Virus record (IMG/VR): IMGVR_UViG_2675903468_000011
Location: 1-42,103 of that record
Source of the DNA: a virus
Lineage: Duplodnaviria; Heunggongvirae; Uroviricota; Caudoviricetes
Length of the DNA: 42,103 bases
Direction: 5' to 3' (one strand)
The position numbers were made by a program, and so were the translations under genes. Each line of letters begins with the position of its first letter. Position 1 is the first letter of the stretch. The notes under the pieces were generated by a model. The model was given only the letters and a program-made list of their open reading frames with translations. It had not been told where the DNA came from and did no database searches. Shown here in pieces: positions 9,339 through 19,293 of the stretch.

Positions 9339-11362
9339 GCAGGCCCTTTCAATTGCTGTACCGCCCTGGCATTTACAGCCCCCTGCTTGTCAGCAATCAG
9401 ATTAGCCGCCTCCTGAGGGTTGTTAACTCCATGAACATTTATAACAGTCTGCTGGTTAAGGCTGCCAGCGGCGGCCTGATACGCCAGCGGGCTGTTCCAG
9501 TTTGAATAACCTTCTTTGCGCGCCATCGACTGCATCAATGCTCCCATAGTCCGGGGATCTGTAAGATTCAATATTGCATTCGGTGATACTCCCATCCATT
9601 TCGCAACATCCTGTGCATACTTTTTCGGATCGTTGTTATCACCTGCCGGGGCCCAGGTACTGACAATATCCTGAATAGTCTGTAATGCCCGTCCGGTTGT
9701 TTTCCCGGTAAAGTAACGCATGAGCTGGTTTTTCATCGCCTCCCAGCCCTTAAGCGCTGATTCGAAAAACCGGAACCCTTTACCGCTCACCGGGCGAATG
9801 TTCCCGGGGTTATTGTTGCGATCAGCAAGAGTGCCGCCGCCGGGGATGTCGGGCTGGACGTTGGAGCCATGCACTACACCGTTACTCTGTCCCTGCCGGA
9901 TAACTTTACCGGGTCCACCGTGCAACCAGTCCATCCACGCAGGCCATTCACGGACCTCACTGACATCCCTGCGTCCGATATCTGTTTTTATACCAATAGC
10001 AGCCAGCGTGTCGCCGATAATTCGCTTCGTATACCTCAGTGAAGATTTTGCGCTATCGGCAATATTTTCTCTGTCACTAACAATATAGCCCGCGTAAAGC
10101 GCCCACAATTTAAGCCAGGGTGGGACCGGTAAACCTGATATTTTTCCGAAAGCCCCCAGAACCTTGGATACCCAGACACCCGCGATGAATGTACCGAGGA
10201 TTTCCAGTGCATTTTGCCAGCCGCCAACACCATCTTTTAGTTCCAGAAGGTGATCACGAAGCCAGGTGATCGCATCCTTCGCTTTATCTATTGCCGGTTG
10301 CCATTTTTCCCAGTCGATAAGGCTGTTACCGCCTTCTTTCCATGTTTTGTAGTCTTCCCACAAGAGACCGAGAGCCACGATCAGACCAGTAATCAGCCCT
10401 ATAGGTGACATCCAGAAAGTAGAGTTAAGTATCCGCATGGCGACAACCAGACCGCCGATAACCTCTATCAGGGTTTTCGTTTCGGCATCCAGTTTCCCCC
10501 ACCACTCGATGATATCTCCGACACCATCGACTATCCGAAATGCAACCCGCCCGACTATCTCACCCAGCCAGAAGATCCCCTTTATGACCTTTGTGATGGT
10601 GACTTCAATTTTGGGAAAATTTTCAATTATCTTTTTGCGCAGGTTATCAATCTGCCCCGCCAGTCCGTCCGCAAGATTCGATCCGATTTTGTCCCGCGCC
10701 ATCCCGGCCATTTCACCGAGCGATTTCAGCGAGGTCATAAACCGGTTTGACGATAAGGCAGCCTGATCGGCATTAAATCCGATCGCTTTCACCATTTCTG
10801 AATACTGAGCGCTGAACTGCCCCACACCACGACGCATGGCCATCAGGGTATTTTCGTCAATGCCCAGCATCTGCGCATACTGGTTAGCCCGGTAATACGG
10901 CATGCTGCTGAGTTTCTGTCCAACGCCCGTAAAAATAGCGGCCATGTCACGCATGTTACCGCTGGCATCACGGGTCTGTACGCCCAGGCGATTCAGAAAG
11001 CCTTCTGCACCGGGATTGTTACGAATAAACCGGGAGAGGCTTTCCAGAGAAGATCGCGCAGCGTCCACGCTGCCGCCAACCTGCGAAACCGCATAGCCAA
11101 TAGACTGAATTCCCTGGACTGTCGCGCCGGTGCGCTGTGACGCCCAGTAAAGATTATCCAGGCCGGAGGCGATCTTAGCCGTGAAGGCCACCACGGACAA
11201 CGCAGCTCCTTCAACGGCCAGTCCCATTTTGATGACATTTGCAGTTGTACCGGCGAGGACAGAACCGAACTTTTTCGCTCCTGCATCATCCACACTGAAG
11301 CCAAGCGAGACGAGGAAATCTTTAATAGTTTCAGCGTTCATTATCCTCTCTCCATTTCTCAA
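9335..11362 (-). CDS. Tail tape measure protein
   Basis: 675 aa; Ala/Gly-rich helical N-terminal half, central hydrophobic segments (LIEVIGGLVVAMRIL, IGLITGLIVALGLLW); follows chaperone gene with frameshift extension. Confidence 0.8.
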   Translation of the reverse strand: MRNGERIMNAETIKDFLVSLGFSVDDAGAKKFGSVLAGTTANVIKMGLAVEGAALSVVAFTAKIASGLDNLYWASQRTGATVQGIQSIGYAVSQVGGSVDAARSSLESLSRFIRNNPGAEGFLNRLGVQTRDASGNMRDMAAIFTGVGQKLSSMPYYRANQYAQMLGIDENTLMAMRRGVGQFSAQYSEMVKAIGFNADQAALSSNRFMTSLKSLGEMAGMARDKIGSNLADGLAGQIDNLRKKIIENFPKIEVTITKVIKGIFWLGEIVGRVAFRIVDGVGDIIEWWGKLDAETKTLIEVIGGLVVAMRILNSTFWMSPIGLITGLIVALGLLWEDYKTWKEGGNSLIDWEKWQPAIDKAKDAITWLRDHLLELKDGVGGWQNALEILGTFIAGVWVSKVLGAFGKISGLPVPPWLKLWALYAGYIVSDRENIADSAKSSLRYTKRIIGDTLAAIGIKTDIGRRDVSEVREWPAWMDWLHGGPGKVIRQGQSNGVVHGSNVQPDIPGGGTLADRNNNPGNIRPVSGKGFRFFESALKGWEAMKNQLMRYFTGKTTGRALQTIQDIVSTWAPAGDNNDPKKYAQDVAKWMGVSPNAILNLTDPRTMGALMQSMARKEGYSNWNSPLAYQAAAGSLNQQTVINVHGVNNPQEAANLIADKQGAVNARAVQQLKGPA

Positions 11363-11573
11363 TGCGCCGCTGGTTATCCGCTTTTACCGCCAGATGGTCA
11401 TTCAAGAGAGCAATATCGTACAAATCGACAGAGCCATCTTTAAGTGCTGTATAGGGAATTAACCCGGCGTCAACCGGATTGAGAAGGTAGGACAGCCCGT
11501 CCGGCAGGCTGTTAAACGTCAGCCCTGTTGCAGGCTCTGCGTCGTGCTGGTAAGGGGTGTAGGCAAAAAATTT
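11331..11573 (-). other. Putative programmed -1 frameshift extension of the tail assembly chaperone (G/GT-like)
   Basis: Slippery heptamer A_AAT_TTT (11573..11567, minus sense) near the 3' end of the chaperone gene; the -1 frame stays open for 78 codons across the chaperone stop and ends at 11331..11333, overlapping the tape measure start. Confidence 0.5.
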
Positions 11574-11971
11574 CCCAGCGAATCGGCGACCACCCGCGCC
11601 ACCAGCTGCAGCATGACCAGCAAGTCAATATCATCAAACATCAGTTCGCCCTGGGTAAATACCGGCACCCATCCGTCCATATGACGCCGCGATACCACCG
11701 CAAGACAGGGATGAATAATCGCATCGGTGTCATCTTCGGTCAGGGAAGACAGTTCCTCAGCGATACGCGGGAGCATGGTTTCAAACACCGGTTTTAACTG
11801 TTCGAATTTCACGGTGTCGATTTTGCCGTCAGCAGGCAAACGGGAGCGAATACTCCCGAAATCTGACATCATTCCTGCCAGCACCGGCAGAAGTTTGCGG
11901 GTCACTTTCAGCTGGTCAAAAACGCTGAGTTTTGCCGTGCGATATTTCACGCCTTTAATTTCGAATTCCAT
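11519..11971 (-). CDS. Tail assembly chaperone
   Basis: 150 aa, acidic, between tail tube and tape measure genes; carries the frameshift site. Confidence 0.6.
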   Translation of the reverse strand: MEFEIKGVKYRTAKLSVFDQLKVTRKLLPVLAGMMSDFGSIRSRLPADGKIDTVKFEQLKPVFETMLPRIAEELSSLTEDDTDAIIHPCLAVVSRRHMDGWVPVFTQGELMFDDIDLLVMLQLVARVVADSLGNFLPTPLTSTTQSLQQG

Positions 11972-11974
11972 GCA

Positions 11975-12415
11975 TTAAAACTCCCCGAGAACCTGGTCAA
12001 TCTTGCCGCAGTCAAACACCCACGGCATCGTATTACCGGTTTTAGCGTTGGCGTTATCCGGTTGTTTCTGGAACGCAACACTGCGTGCCGTGATGATGTC
12101 GCCGCTGACCTTGTTGCGGATCACGATAACGTTATTCCCCCATGTGGCAGAAGACTGGCTCTGTGCGTTATACGCCAGCGACAATTTTTTATTTGTCGGT
12201 GATGTCTTCAGAAGGTTAACGGTAATCGTCCCGCTTTTATCTGCATGGAGACTGTGCATCACTTCGCCATCAGCACCGATGGTCATGGTGTTTTTAGGAC
12301 CGCCCATCGCAACCACAATCCCCTCTTCAGAACTTGCCGAACCGTACCCGAGGTCAATCGAACCTGTCGGCCCGGTCAGCGTCGCAGTGACATCCATAAA
12401 AGAATAGGTAGACAT
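11975..12415 (-). CDS. Tail tube protein
   Basis: 146 aa ORF directly downstream of sheath gene; size and position typical of contractile-tail tube proteins. Confidence 0.6.
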   Translation of the reverse strand: MSTYSFMDVTATLTGPTGSIDLGYGSASSEEGIVVAMGGPKNTMTIGADGEVMHSLHADKSGTITVNLLKTSPTNKKLSLAYNAQSQSSATWGNNVIVIRNKVSGDIITARSVAFQKQPDNANAKTGNTMPWVFDCGKIDQVLGEF

Positions 12416-12425
12416 TCACTTCCCC

Positions 12426-13571
12426 TTAGCGAACAACGTTAATCTGTACGTCAGCGTAATGAACCGCGCCTGCAAGTTTTATTGCAGCCTGAATCACCGG
12501 AGCCTTACGGGCTTCACGTTCTGATTGTGCCTGTTCATCCAGCGGCTGGGCGTATACGTAATAACCTTTGGGCAGCGTGTCACCTGATGACAACTGACCA
12601 AGGTCGCCCCCGTTCCATACGCCCGGAGCAATCAGTCCATTCTGAACGGCCTGATCCAGTGATTTTTCAACACTTGATAACAGTCGGGTAATACCGGCTT
12701 CAGTCTGGGGAACTTTCGTGGTGCTGGTATAAAGCAGGTTATAGAGGTTGGTCTGCACATAATTCTGTAACCAGTCCAGGCCGTGGCGTTCATCAAAGAA
12801 ATCACCGTTGGTCATCACTCCCTGCTGGAGGATAGCTGTATCATTCTGGTAGTACACGAATACGTTGCAGTTTTTTGCATCAAGTGCCGATGCCTGGCTG
12901 ACTGTCAGTGTTTCATACCCGACACCCGGCTCCTGCTTAAACTTGAGCGTAATCGCGGTATTACTGCCATTGAAATTAACCGTGAATGCCCGGCCAAATG
13001 CAGATAACGCAGCGTATTTATTACCCGATGAATACTGAATAAAACTGCGTGAATATCCGGCGGTTTTCAGTTTTGATGCCAAATCATCTCTGGATGCAGT
13101 CTGCAGGCATTTCTCATCGCTTGTCGTAATCGCCAGAATACGGCTTACAGAAGAGGATTCGATCGCCGCAGCCACTTTCAGCCAGTCTGCATCCGGAATA
13201 TCTGCATCGTCTGCAATCCCCAGCCCATACCATGAAGTATAATCAAGCATGGCATTCACAGCCTGCTCCAGCGTCTCAGACGTGGCCTGTTCGCTGTCTC
13301 CCTTCGTTTTCACCCAACGACCAACAAAAACCTCCTGAGGTTTCGGTGATTGTGAGAAAAACACCTGCGCAGCCTTATATTCTGGTGATTCCACGCCAAA
13401 ATCTTTTCCAATATCTTCCGCGGCAGAATAACGGCGAATGCGCTCACTTACCGGAATGATTGTGGACGGGCCGAGAATGAGTAATGCACCAAAATTTCGC
13501 CCTGATGCTGCACGCGGCGACATGATCACATCAACATTAACAACGTTTGATACAGGCAAGCCCTGTGCCAT
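12426..13571 (-). CDS. Tail sheath protein
   Basis: 381 aa; conserved position upstream of tube gene; sheath-like size. Indicates a contractile tail. Confidence 0.7.
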   Translation of the reverse strand: MAQGLPVSNVVNVDVIMSPRAASGRNFGALLILGPSTIIPVSERIRRYSAAEDIGKDFGVESPEYKAAQVFFSQSPKPQEVFVGRWVKTKGDSEQATSETLEQAVNAMLDYTSWYGLGIADDADIPDADWLKVAAAIESSSVSRILAITTSDEKCLQTASRDDLASKLKTAGYSRSFIQYSSGNKYAALSAFGRAFTVNFNGSNTAITLKFKQEPGVGYETLTVSQASALDAKNCNVFVYYQNDTAILQQGVMTNGDFFDERHGLDWLQNYVQTNLYNLLYTSTTKVPQTEAGITRLLSSVEKSLDQAVQNGLIAPGVWNGGDLGQLSSGDTLPKGYYVYAQPLDEQAQSEREARKAPVIQAAIKLAGAVHYADVQINVVR

Positions 13572-13574
13572 AGC

Positions 13575-14138
13575 TTAATCTCCGAAAAAGATGACTGGTG
13601 CTTCCACCAGCGATTTAATACCGTACTCGCGCACAACCTTCCGGCGCAGACGCACCGTCATATCGTAGCGGCGGACCCATTGCTGATTAATAAGTTCAGG
13701 GAAGGGAGTCAGACCTGTGTAATCGCCAAGAGACAGCCCCAGCGCATTCAGTGCTGCGTTGTTCTGCGGTACAGATATACCGTCACGAAACCGGGACGCA
13801 TACACCATCCCCGCCGGACCATAAAACGAAGCCATACACTCAATCGTTTCATGCCGCCAGAGCTGAGAGCCATCATCGGTCTGTCTGGTGAATGCCGGAC
13901 TGTCATCACCTGACCATCCGATAACCCCAAACGCACACCAGTTCGTTTCAGCCGGTAGCAGTGGCGGTTGCTCTTTCTGCCAACGCGGACGAACCATCCC
14001 GGCAGACAGACCGGAAACGTTACGCATCCACTGGCTTAACAGCCTGTCGAGCGCTTCGTCATAATCCGGATCGCCACTGGTTGGTATCAGCCATCCGCGC
14101 TCTGTGCTGGTGTTATTGCTCAACCGGAATTCCCCCAT
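13575..14138 (-). CDS. Virion/head-tail protein, hypothetical
   Basis: ORF in structural operon; internal Met start (MGEF...) chosen to limit overlap. Confidence 0.4.
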   Translation of the reverse strand: MGEFRLSNNTSTERGWLIPTSGDPDYDEALDRLLSQWMRNVSGLSAGMVRPRWQKEQPPLLPAETNWCAFGVIGWSGDDSPAFTRQTDDGSQLWRHETIECMASFYGPAGMVYASRFRDGISVPQNNAALNALGLSLGDYTGLTPFPELINQQWVRRYDMTVRLRRKVVREYGIKSLVEAPVIFFGD

Positions 14139-14502
14139 CAAACGGCAGCAACTCACAATGCGCCTGAACGAATCCGGCACCATACGCTGTATACGGGTCG
14201 ACGAAAGTCACACGATAATCACGGCCCTGATACGTCACGATATCGGCATCACGGCCAGTCTGTCCCTGCGTCAGTCGCTCAGTCGTCACAATCAGAATTG
14301 CACCACTGATTACCTGCCCGGCCTGCATACGACAGTTTTCCAGAGAGCGATCAACAGTTACGACTCCGGCAAACTGCTTTTTAACTTCGCTGTCGCTGCC
14401 GATCCCGTCCTCATCCACCGTTTGCACACGGTGTGTTACCCACAAATTGAAGTCGCAAAAATCGGGGTCAAAAAGCACATCTGTTACATCAAGAGTCGGC
14501 AT
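14113..14502 (-). CDS. Virion/head-tail protein, hypothetical
   Basis: 129 aa ORF in structural operon. Confidence 0.4.
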   Translation of the reverse strand: MPTLDVTDVLFDPDFCDFNLWVTHRVQTVDEDGIGSDSEVKKQFAGVVTVDRSLENCRMQAGQVISGAILIVTTERLTQGQTGRDADIVTYQGRDYRVTFVDPYTAYGAGFVQAHCELLPFDGGIPVEQ

Positions 14503-15043
14503 TTTTATCCCTCACAACATGGGTAATCGCTCTGCGATATTGCCCGGTGTCAATTAATGGTTTCGCCAGTTCGGTTCCCGGGGATTCGCCAGCAGCACGC
14601 CGGGCAAGTTCCAGTGTTGCCCCCTTGCGCCCCCGACGAGCCCGGGCTTCAACAGTACTGTCAGCAAGCGGCGTAAAGCCGGTAATGGTCATGTAACGCC
14701 TGACGCCATTAACGGCCAGCGTTCCGGCACGGTTGAGTGAGCTTTCTGCTCCCGCAGCATTACCATCAAGTGCAGCCTGCGCCGCGGCTTTGAGCTGCGG
14801 CACCGTCTGCTCTTCTGCCGATTTAACGCCGGGGACCAGGTGAGGTCGTGGCGGGATGTTCTGCTCTGGTGAGCCGTATTCGTTGAGGTAACCGATGCCC
14901 GCATTACCAAACGGAACCTCATCCCGTTCGCTGTCTTCCGAAGGGATGCCGACCAGCACATCTTTTTTGGTTAACGACCTGAGCGCATCCAGAATGGCCT
15001 TAGCGTTATCCACCCTCGTTGTTACACCGCTTTTGAAACTCAT
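14489..15043 (-). CDS. Virion/head-tail protein, hypothetical
   Basis: 184 aa ORF in structural operon, overlapping neighbours. Confidence 0.4.
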   Translation of the reverse strand: MSFKSGVTTRVDNAKAILDALRSLTKKDVLVGIPSEDSERDEVPFGNAGIGYLNEYGSPEQNIPPRPHLVPGVKSAEEQTVPQLKAAAQAALDGNAAGAESSLNRAGTLAVNGVRRYMTITGFTPLADSTVEARARRGRKGATLELARRAAGESPGTELAKPLIDTGQYRRAITHVVRDKNADS

Positions 15044-15459
15044 AGCTGGCGACCACCTGCACCGAACATCGTGATCAACTGATAAAATTCAGCGCCATAT
15101 CGGGTGTTATTCCAGAAACCTGCATCAGGATTCAGCGTCGCGCTGGTGTCATAGCTGACGCTTACCTTATCAACGGACTTTGAGGACTGAACACCATTGG
15201 TTGAACCGCCCGGACCACCAGCCAGAATAGCCCGGCTGTCTGCCGCCCAGAGCGTCATGTAATGCGCAACGAACAACCCGGCAAAGTACGGAAACAACTT
15301 TTTGCCGGTGACATTTTCGCTCAGCAGTTCATCGGCCAGATTCAGACGGAACCCGATTTGGGCGTCGGGATATTTTGCCGGGTCAGCAAACTGCGGGAAG
15401 TCGCGGCGAAAATCACTTACCGCTGGCAGACTTTGATTCTTTGGCATCTTTAGCCCCAT
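15040..15459 (-). CDS. Virion protein, hypothetical (DUF4054-like)
   Basis: Internal Met start (MGLKMPKNQ...); structural operon position. Confidence 0.4.
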   Translation of the reverse strand: MGLKMPKNQSLPAVSDFRRDFPQFADPAKYPDAQIGFRLNLADELLSENVTGKKLFPYFAGLFVAHYMTLWAADSRAILAGGPGGSTNGVQSSKSVDKVSVSYDTSATLNPDAGFWNNTRYGAEFYQLITMFGAGGRQL

Positions 15460-15781
15460 TACCGCCAGTCCGGGCGGCAGTAATCTGCGCCTGCAGGCTA
15501 TCGTTCTGCTCCTGCAGTTTGAGCAATGCATCTTTCAAATCGGCAATCAGCTTATCTTTGTCGGCAATCTGCGCTTGCAGGCCGTCGATAATGGGTTGCA
15601 GATCATCGGTGTCGCTAATCACGCTTTCGGAAATTTCAGAGTGCGCCTGGGTGAACCAGTGCGACGCGACCTCTTCCGGTACGTTATGTCGTCCCCGGCC
15701 AAACTCCTGTTTTGACTGATCGCCGAGCGTCAGCGTAAACGGGGTGTGAACATGGATGGTAACCAGTTTTTCTTTCGCCAT
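15413..15781 (-). CDS. Hypothetical head protein with C-terminal coiled coil
   Basis: Start MAKEKL preceded by AGGAAA ribosome-binding site; heptad-like C-terminus ([33 protein letters not shown]). Confidence 0.45.
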   Translation of the reverse strand: MAKEKLVTIHVHTPFTLTLGDQSKQEFGRGRHNVPEEVASHWFTQAHSEISESVISDTDDLQPIIDGLQAQIADKDKLIADLKDALLKLQEQNDSLQAQITAARTGGNGAKDAKESKSASGK

Positions 15782-15821
15782 TTCAGTTTCCTTCAGGCCC
15801 CTTTCGGGGCCATTCTGGTTA

Positions 15822-16763
15822 TCAGATACCGTCCACATAGGACAGAGTTTCTTTATACACTGGCTCAACCGCACCCAGCTTGCCGTAGTAAGTGACGATC
15901 TGATACAGACCGCGATACTGCACCGGCACGCTCTGAAGCGGAACCAGCGGGTAGCGGACGTATTTTTTATCGTTGGTGTACGCAACCATGCGATCCTTTT
16001 TCCCCACACCACGGCCTTTCAGCCATTTAACCGCGCGGATATTCAGCGGAACACCGTTCTGGTGATAGCTGATGGTGTTGGTCTGAAGATACGTCAACAG
16101 GGACTGGTTACCCGCAGATGAAACGATGATGCTGGACAACAGAGCAAACTGCTCAGGCGGGATCAGCAAATCACGCGGAACCACAGAGTAACCGGAAGCG
16201 GCCCACGCATCAGACAGCACCTGGTTAATGCTTGCGCGGATTTCGTCCGGTGTTGAAGTTGCCCACGTTTTGGCAGCGTTGTTGACAGGCACGCCGTCCA
16301 GGGTAACAAGGCCTTTCAGGTTTAATGCGGAATCGCCAACATATACCTGTTCATCGTTATCCATCTGCCATTTCAGTTGCATACCGTCATACTTCTGCGT
16401 ATCAATCGGGCGGCCGACCTGCTGAGCAGCCTGCAATTCTATGACCGTCCAGCCAAGTTCCATCCCCCACAGGTTCAGCGGGTTACCGGATTTGCCGGTA
16501 TCCACGTTTACGCCAGCAATAGCGGTTGAGTCTTTGCCTACCCAGTTTTTGCCATTCGGATTTGCACCAGTACCCGCAGCGGCGAAGCTGGTATTCGTCC
16601 AGCTGGAAATGTCATCTGCGATAGAGACATCTTCACGCAACTTAATATCGCGGGTCCAGGTGTACCCCACCAGTGGCAGGTTCAGCGTCTGGTCGAGTCG
16701 CTCCAGCTCCCCGATGAGAAAGGCACCAGAGCTGTCAACGGTTGCCTGATCAAAAGTAATCAT
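15822..16763 (-). CDS. Major capsid protein (probable)
   Basis: 313 aa ORF following scaffold/protease-like and small head protein genes; order portal - morphogenesis - scaffold - capsid. Confidence 0.55.
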   Translation of the reverse strand: MITFDQATVDSSGAFLIGELERLDQTLNLPLVGYTWTRDIKLREDVSIADDISSWTNTSFAAAGTGANPNGKNWVGKDSTAIAGVNVDTGKSGNPLNLWGMELGWTVIELQAAQQVGRPIDTQKYDGMQLKWQMDNDEQVYVGDSALNLKGLVTLDGVPVNNAAKTWATSTPDEIRASINQVLSDAWAASGYSVVPRDLLIPPEQFALLSSIIVSSAGNQSLLTYLQTNTISYHQNGVPLNIRAVKWLKGRGVGKKDRMVAYTNDKKYVRYPLVPLQSVPVQYRGLYQIVTYYGKLGAVEPVYKETLSYVDGI

Positions 16764-16774
16764 TCGTCTGTTCC

Positions 16775-17281
16775 TTAAATCTTCCAGGAAATTTCTGCAT
16801 TGCCGTCAGCATCACCGGCACCTGTGAATTCAGCGTTGGTCAGCACCACATTTTTGCCACTGACTGACGTGGACATGAATCCACCCAGCGGCACTTTGAT
16901 GGATTCATCAGTGGAGACGACAACGTATACCGGGTCGCCTTTTTTGATGGTGCTGGCATCAAAATCAGAACCGAGATTAACAGTCACGTAGCCACGCTTC
17001 ATGGCGTCGCCCGGGAAGTTCTTGCCACTCCCCACCTGGCGAACCATGTCCGGCTGCGAAGTGGTCGGATAAGGGCGCACGTAGATCCCCTTCACCTTGT
17101 CTGCGGTATCACCATCTGCCAGCGGCACGAAAAAACCGTCATCATCGTATTTACCAGCCAGCCCATAGGCAGCGAAGGCGTTATCGGATTTAAGGACCAC
17201 CGGTTCGACGGTTAAGTCCTGCGGGCGAGAGACAGCCCCGGCAATGCCAACAGGCATCCGGTACAGAAATACATTATTCAT
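16775..17281 (-). CDS. Head protein (decoration/accessory), hypothetical
   Basis: 168 aa ORF between scaffold-like and capsid genes. Confidence 0.4.
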   Translation of the reverse strand: MNNVFLYRMPVGIAGAVSRPQDLTVEPVVLKSDNAFAAYGLAGKYDDDGFFVPLADGDTADKVKGIYVRPYPTTSQPDMVRQVGSGKNFPGDAMKRGYVTVNLGSDFDASTIKKGDPVYVVVSTDESIKVPLGGFMSTSVSGKNVVLTNAEFTGAGDADGNAEISWKI

Positions 17282-17284
17282 TTT

Positions 17285-18505
17285 TTACCCTTTACGGTTT
17301 GCCCAGAATTCAGCGTTTTGTTTGTTCAGGGAAGCGATACTGGTCATGCCCATGTTTGGGCGCTGTGCATCGCCGGTGGTAGCGCGGGTGTTTCGCCCTT
17401 TGGCAATCTCAGACACGGCATTAAACGCCATGTCGACCGATTGTTTCGGCAATTTGCGGATATCCGCATCTCCGACGATCTGGCGAACCAGCGTTTTGTC
17501 AGCAGAAGCCAGAACCTCGCGTTTGAACGCGGTCGGTTTCATCTTACGGCTCAGATCGATACCCGGAACGATAACTTCGGCACGCCAGGCTGAGTCACCA
17601 GTAATCGTGGTTTCCTCTTCATCGTCCTCGCCGTCACCGGTCGGATTATCGTCAGGCTTATTATCGTTATCGCCCGTGGCATTTCCTTCCAGCTTAGCCA
17701 GCAGGGCTTTCAGTAATGTTTTGAGGTCATCATAACTGTCGCCGGTTGGACCTCCACCCATCTCTGGTGCTTTGTCCGGTAGTGGTTGCTGCGGGGACAG
17801 GTTGATGTTGAGATTAACGCCCTGCGGCAAATCCCCCTCATCTCCTGTAACCGATGCGGGAGCCGACTCCACCAGTTCGTTCATGGTGTCAGCGTCACCC
17901 GTTTTGATGGCCGTGCGCATGCGGGTCCACCAGCTTTTCTTTTGATTTGCCATTGTGTCTCTGTCTCCAATTGCACAACGATTTCCGGCTCTGCCTTTAG
18001 GGACAAGAGCCACATGGTTTCCGGTAATATCGACCTGCTCGGCTTTACCTGGCTCGGTCTGCTCATACTCCGCGTCATAGCCGCACGACACTTCGCGCAG
18101 GCCATCTTCGATAAGCTGAATGGCGCTTTCGTCTTTGACGATAAGGTCAGCCAGCATCAAATCAGACTGCTCACCCGTCCCGCGCCGGACATTCTGGAGG
18201 TGCCCGACAGCAAGCTCTTTCCAGTTCTCGGGATTTACCAGCCGCACATTCCCGTTTTCATCTTCAGGATGCAGGATCGTGATGCTCATCCCTTCGAATG
18301 AGGCAAGCGTGGCCGGATGGAATACCTGCTCAGGAGAACGCGTGACGACTATTTCACCGAACTTATCGGGTTTCAGTTTTGGCAGGTCATCAGCACCATA
18401 GAGCTGCTTACCTGTTCGTCCTATCGGCACGTCTTTGCACAGCAACGAGCCGTCAGCCAGCTGATAGCGGGTTTCCCCCAGCCGGGTATTGAAAAAATAT
18501 TTCAT
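17285..18505 (-). CDS. Head scaffold / prohead protease-like protein
   Basis: 406 aa; acidic Asp/Glu-rich low-complexity segment (TGDGEDDEEETT) typical of scaffolding proteins; follows portal and morphogenesis genes. Confidence 0.45.
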   Translation of the reverse strand: MKYFFNTRLGETRYQLADGSLLCKDVPIGRTGKQLYGADDLPKLKPDKFGEIVVTRSPEQVFHPATLASFEGMSITILHPEDENGNVRLVNPENWKELAVGHLQNVRRGTGEQSDLMLADLIVKDESAIQLIEDGLREVSCGYDAEYEQTEPGKAEQVDITGNHVALVPKGRAGNRCAIGDRDTMANQKKSWWTRMRTAIKTGDADTMNELVESAPASVTGDEGDLPQGVNLNINLSPQQPLPDKAPEMGGGPTGDSYDDLKTLLKALLAKLEGNATGDNDNKPDDNPTGDGEDDEEETTITGDSAWRAEVIVPGIDLSRKMKPTAFKREVLASADKTLVRQIVGDADIRKLPKQSVDMAFNAVSEIAKGRNTRATTGDAQRPNMGMTSIASLNKQNAEFWANRKG

Positions 18506-18519
18506 GTGTTACCTGCGAT

Positions 18520-19293
18520 TCAGGCGGGATAAGAATGGGAGGTGGGAAAAACGATTTCTTTATAACAGCGACAATTCGGGAGCTCGCCAGCGTGACCGGT
18601 CATGCCATCAAGCGTTGGAGGTTTGCCCCATTCGACAAATTTACCTTCCATTTCCCGATGAGAATGCCTGACGTCACCATCTTCGGCTGTACGCCAGATA
18701 TAACCATTCGAACCAATTGACAGCGCACGCGCCTGATCCAGCGCGCCGGTTGCACGTCCAAGTTCAGTACGGGCAATCAGGTCAGCTCTGGACTTTGCTA
18801 TATCACCCGATGCGGCTATTTCTTTAGCAAAATGTTCTGCTCTCCCGCCGGTCACAACAGCTTCTGTCGCCCGATTCTGGATGTCGTACACCCTGTCAGC
18901 CGCCTCGAGGGGGAGCGATTTGATGTACTTGACCTGTTCGGCGATGATGGATTGCATCACCTGGCCCACAGGAGCGCTTTCCACAAGATTGCGGAGCTCG
19001 CGACTGATGTTCTTGCTGTGTTGCCGCCAAACTTTCTCGTTCTGCCGGGTCAGGTCCGCAGTAAAGTTTTCCGCGACCTTTGTCGCCCATGGGGTGATGA
19101 TTTCACTGTAGCGTTCCAGCGCCTCAATAATTTCCGTGATACTGTCATTTGAACCATCGTAGCGACCATTTACGATGTCTCCGACCGCCCGCGCTATCCT
19201 GCGTAGGCTGGTTCGATAGCGGATTTCCGCCTGACGGTTCCTGCGGTTCGTCATCAGGTTCGCCGATGCCGGGCGGCGCTTCATCTTCGGCAT
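18520..19293 (-). CDS. Head morphogenesis protein (minor head protein, Mu F / SPP1 gp7 family)
   Basis: 257 aa; conserved C-terminal region ending ...GELPNCRCYKEIVFP; position after portal gene. Confidence 0.7.
   Translation of the reverse strand: MPKMKRRPASANLMTNRRNRQAEIRYRTSLRRIARAVGDIVNGRYDGSNDSITEIIEALERYSEIITPWATKVAENFTADLTRQNEKVWRQHSKNISRELRNLVESAPVGQVMQSIIAEQVKYIKSLPLEAADRVYDIQNRATEAVVTGGRAEHFAKEIAASGDIAKSRADLIARTELGRATGALDQARALSIGSNGYIWRTAEDGDVRHSHREMEGKFVEWGKPPTLDGMTGHAGELPNCRCYKEIVFPTSHSYPA

Noticed and set aside
9720-11462. Plus-strand ORFs inside the tape measure gene (e.g. 9720..10088, 10437..10766)
   Set aside because: Antisense to a long, well-supported coding sequence; Pro/Ser/Arg-rich translations typical of non-coding frames.
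18520-19293. Possible mis-called start giving a 149-nt overlap between head morphogenesis and portal genes
   Set aside because: Not rejected as a gene. The next in-frame Met (about 19254) still overlaps the portal gene, so the overlap seems real; I kept the track coordinates, but the exact start is uncertain.
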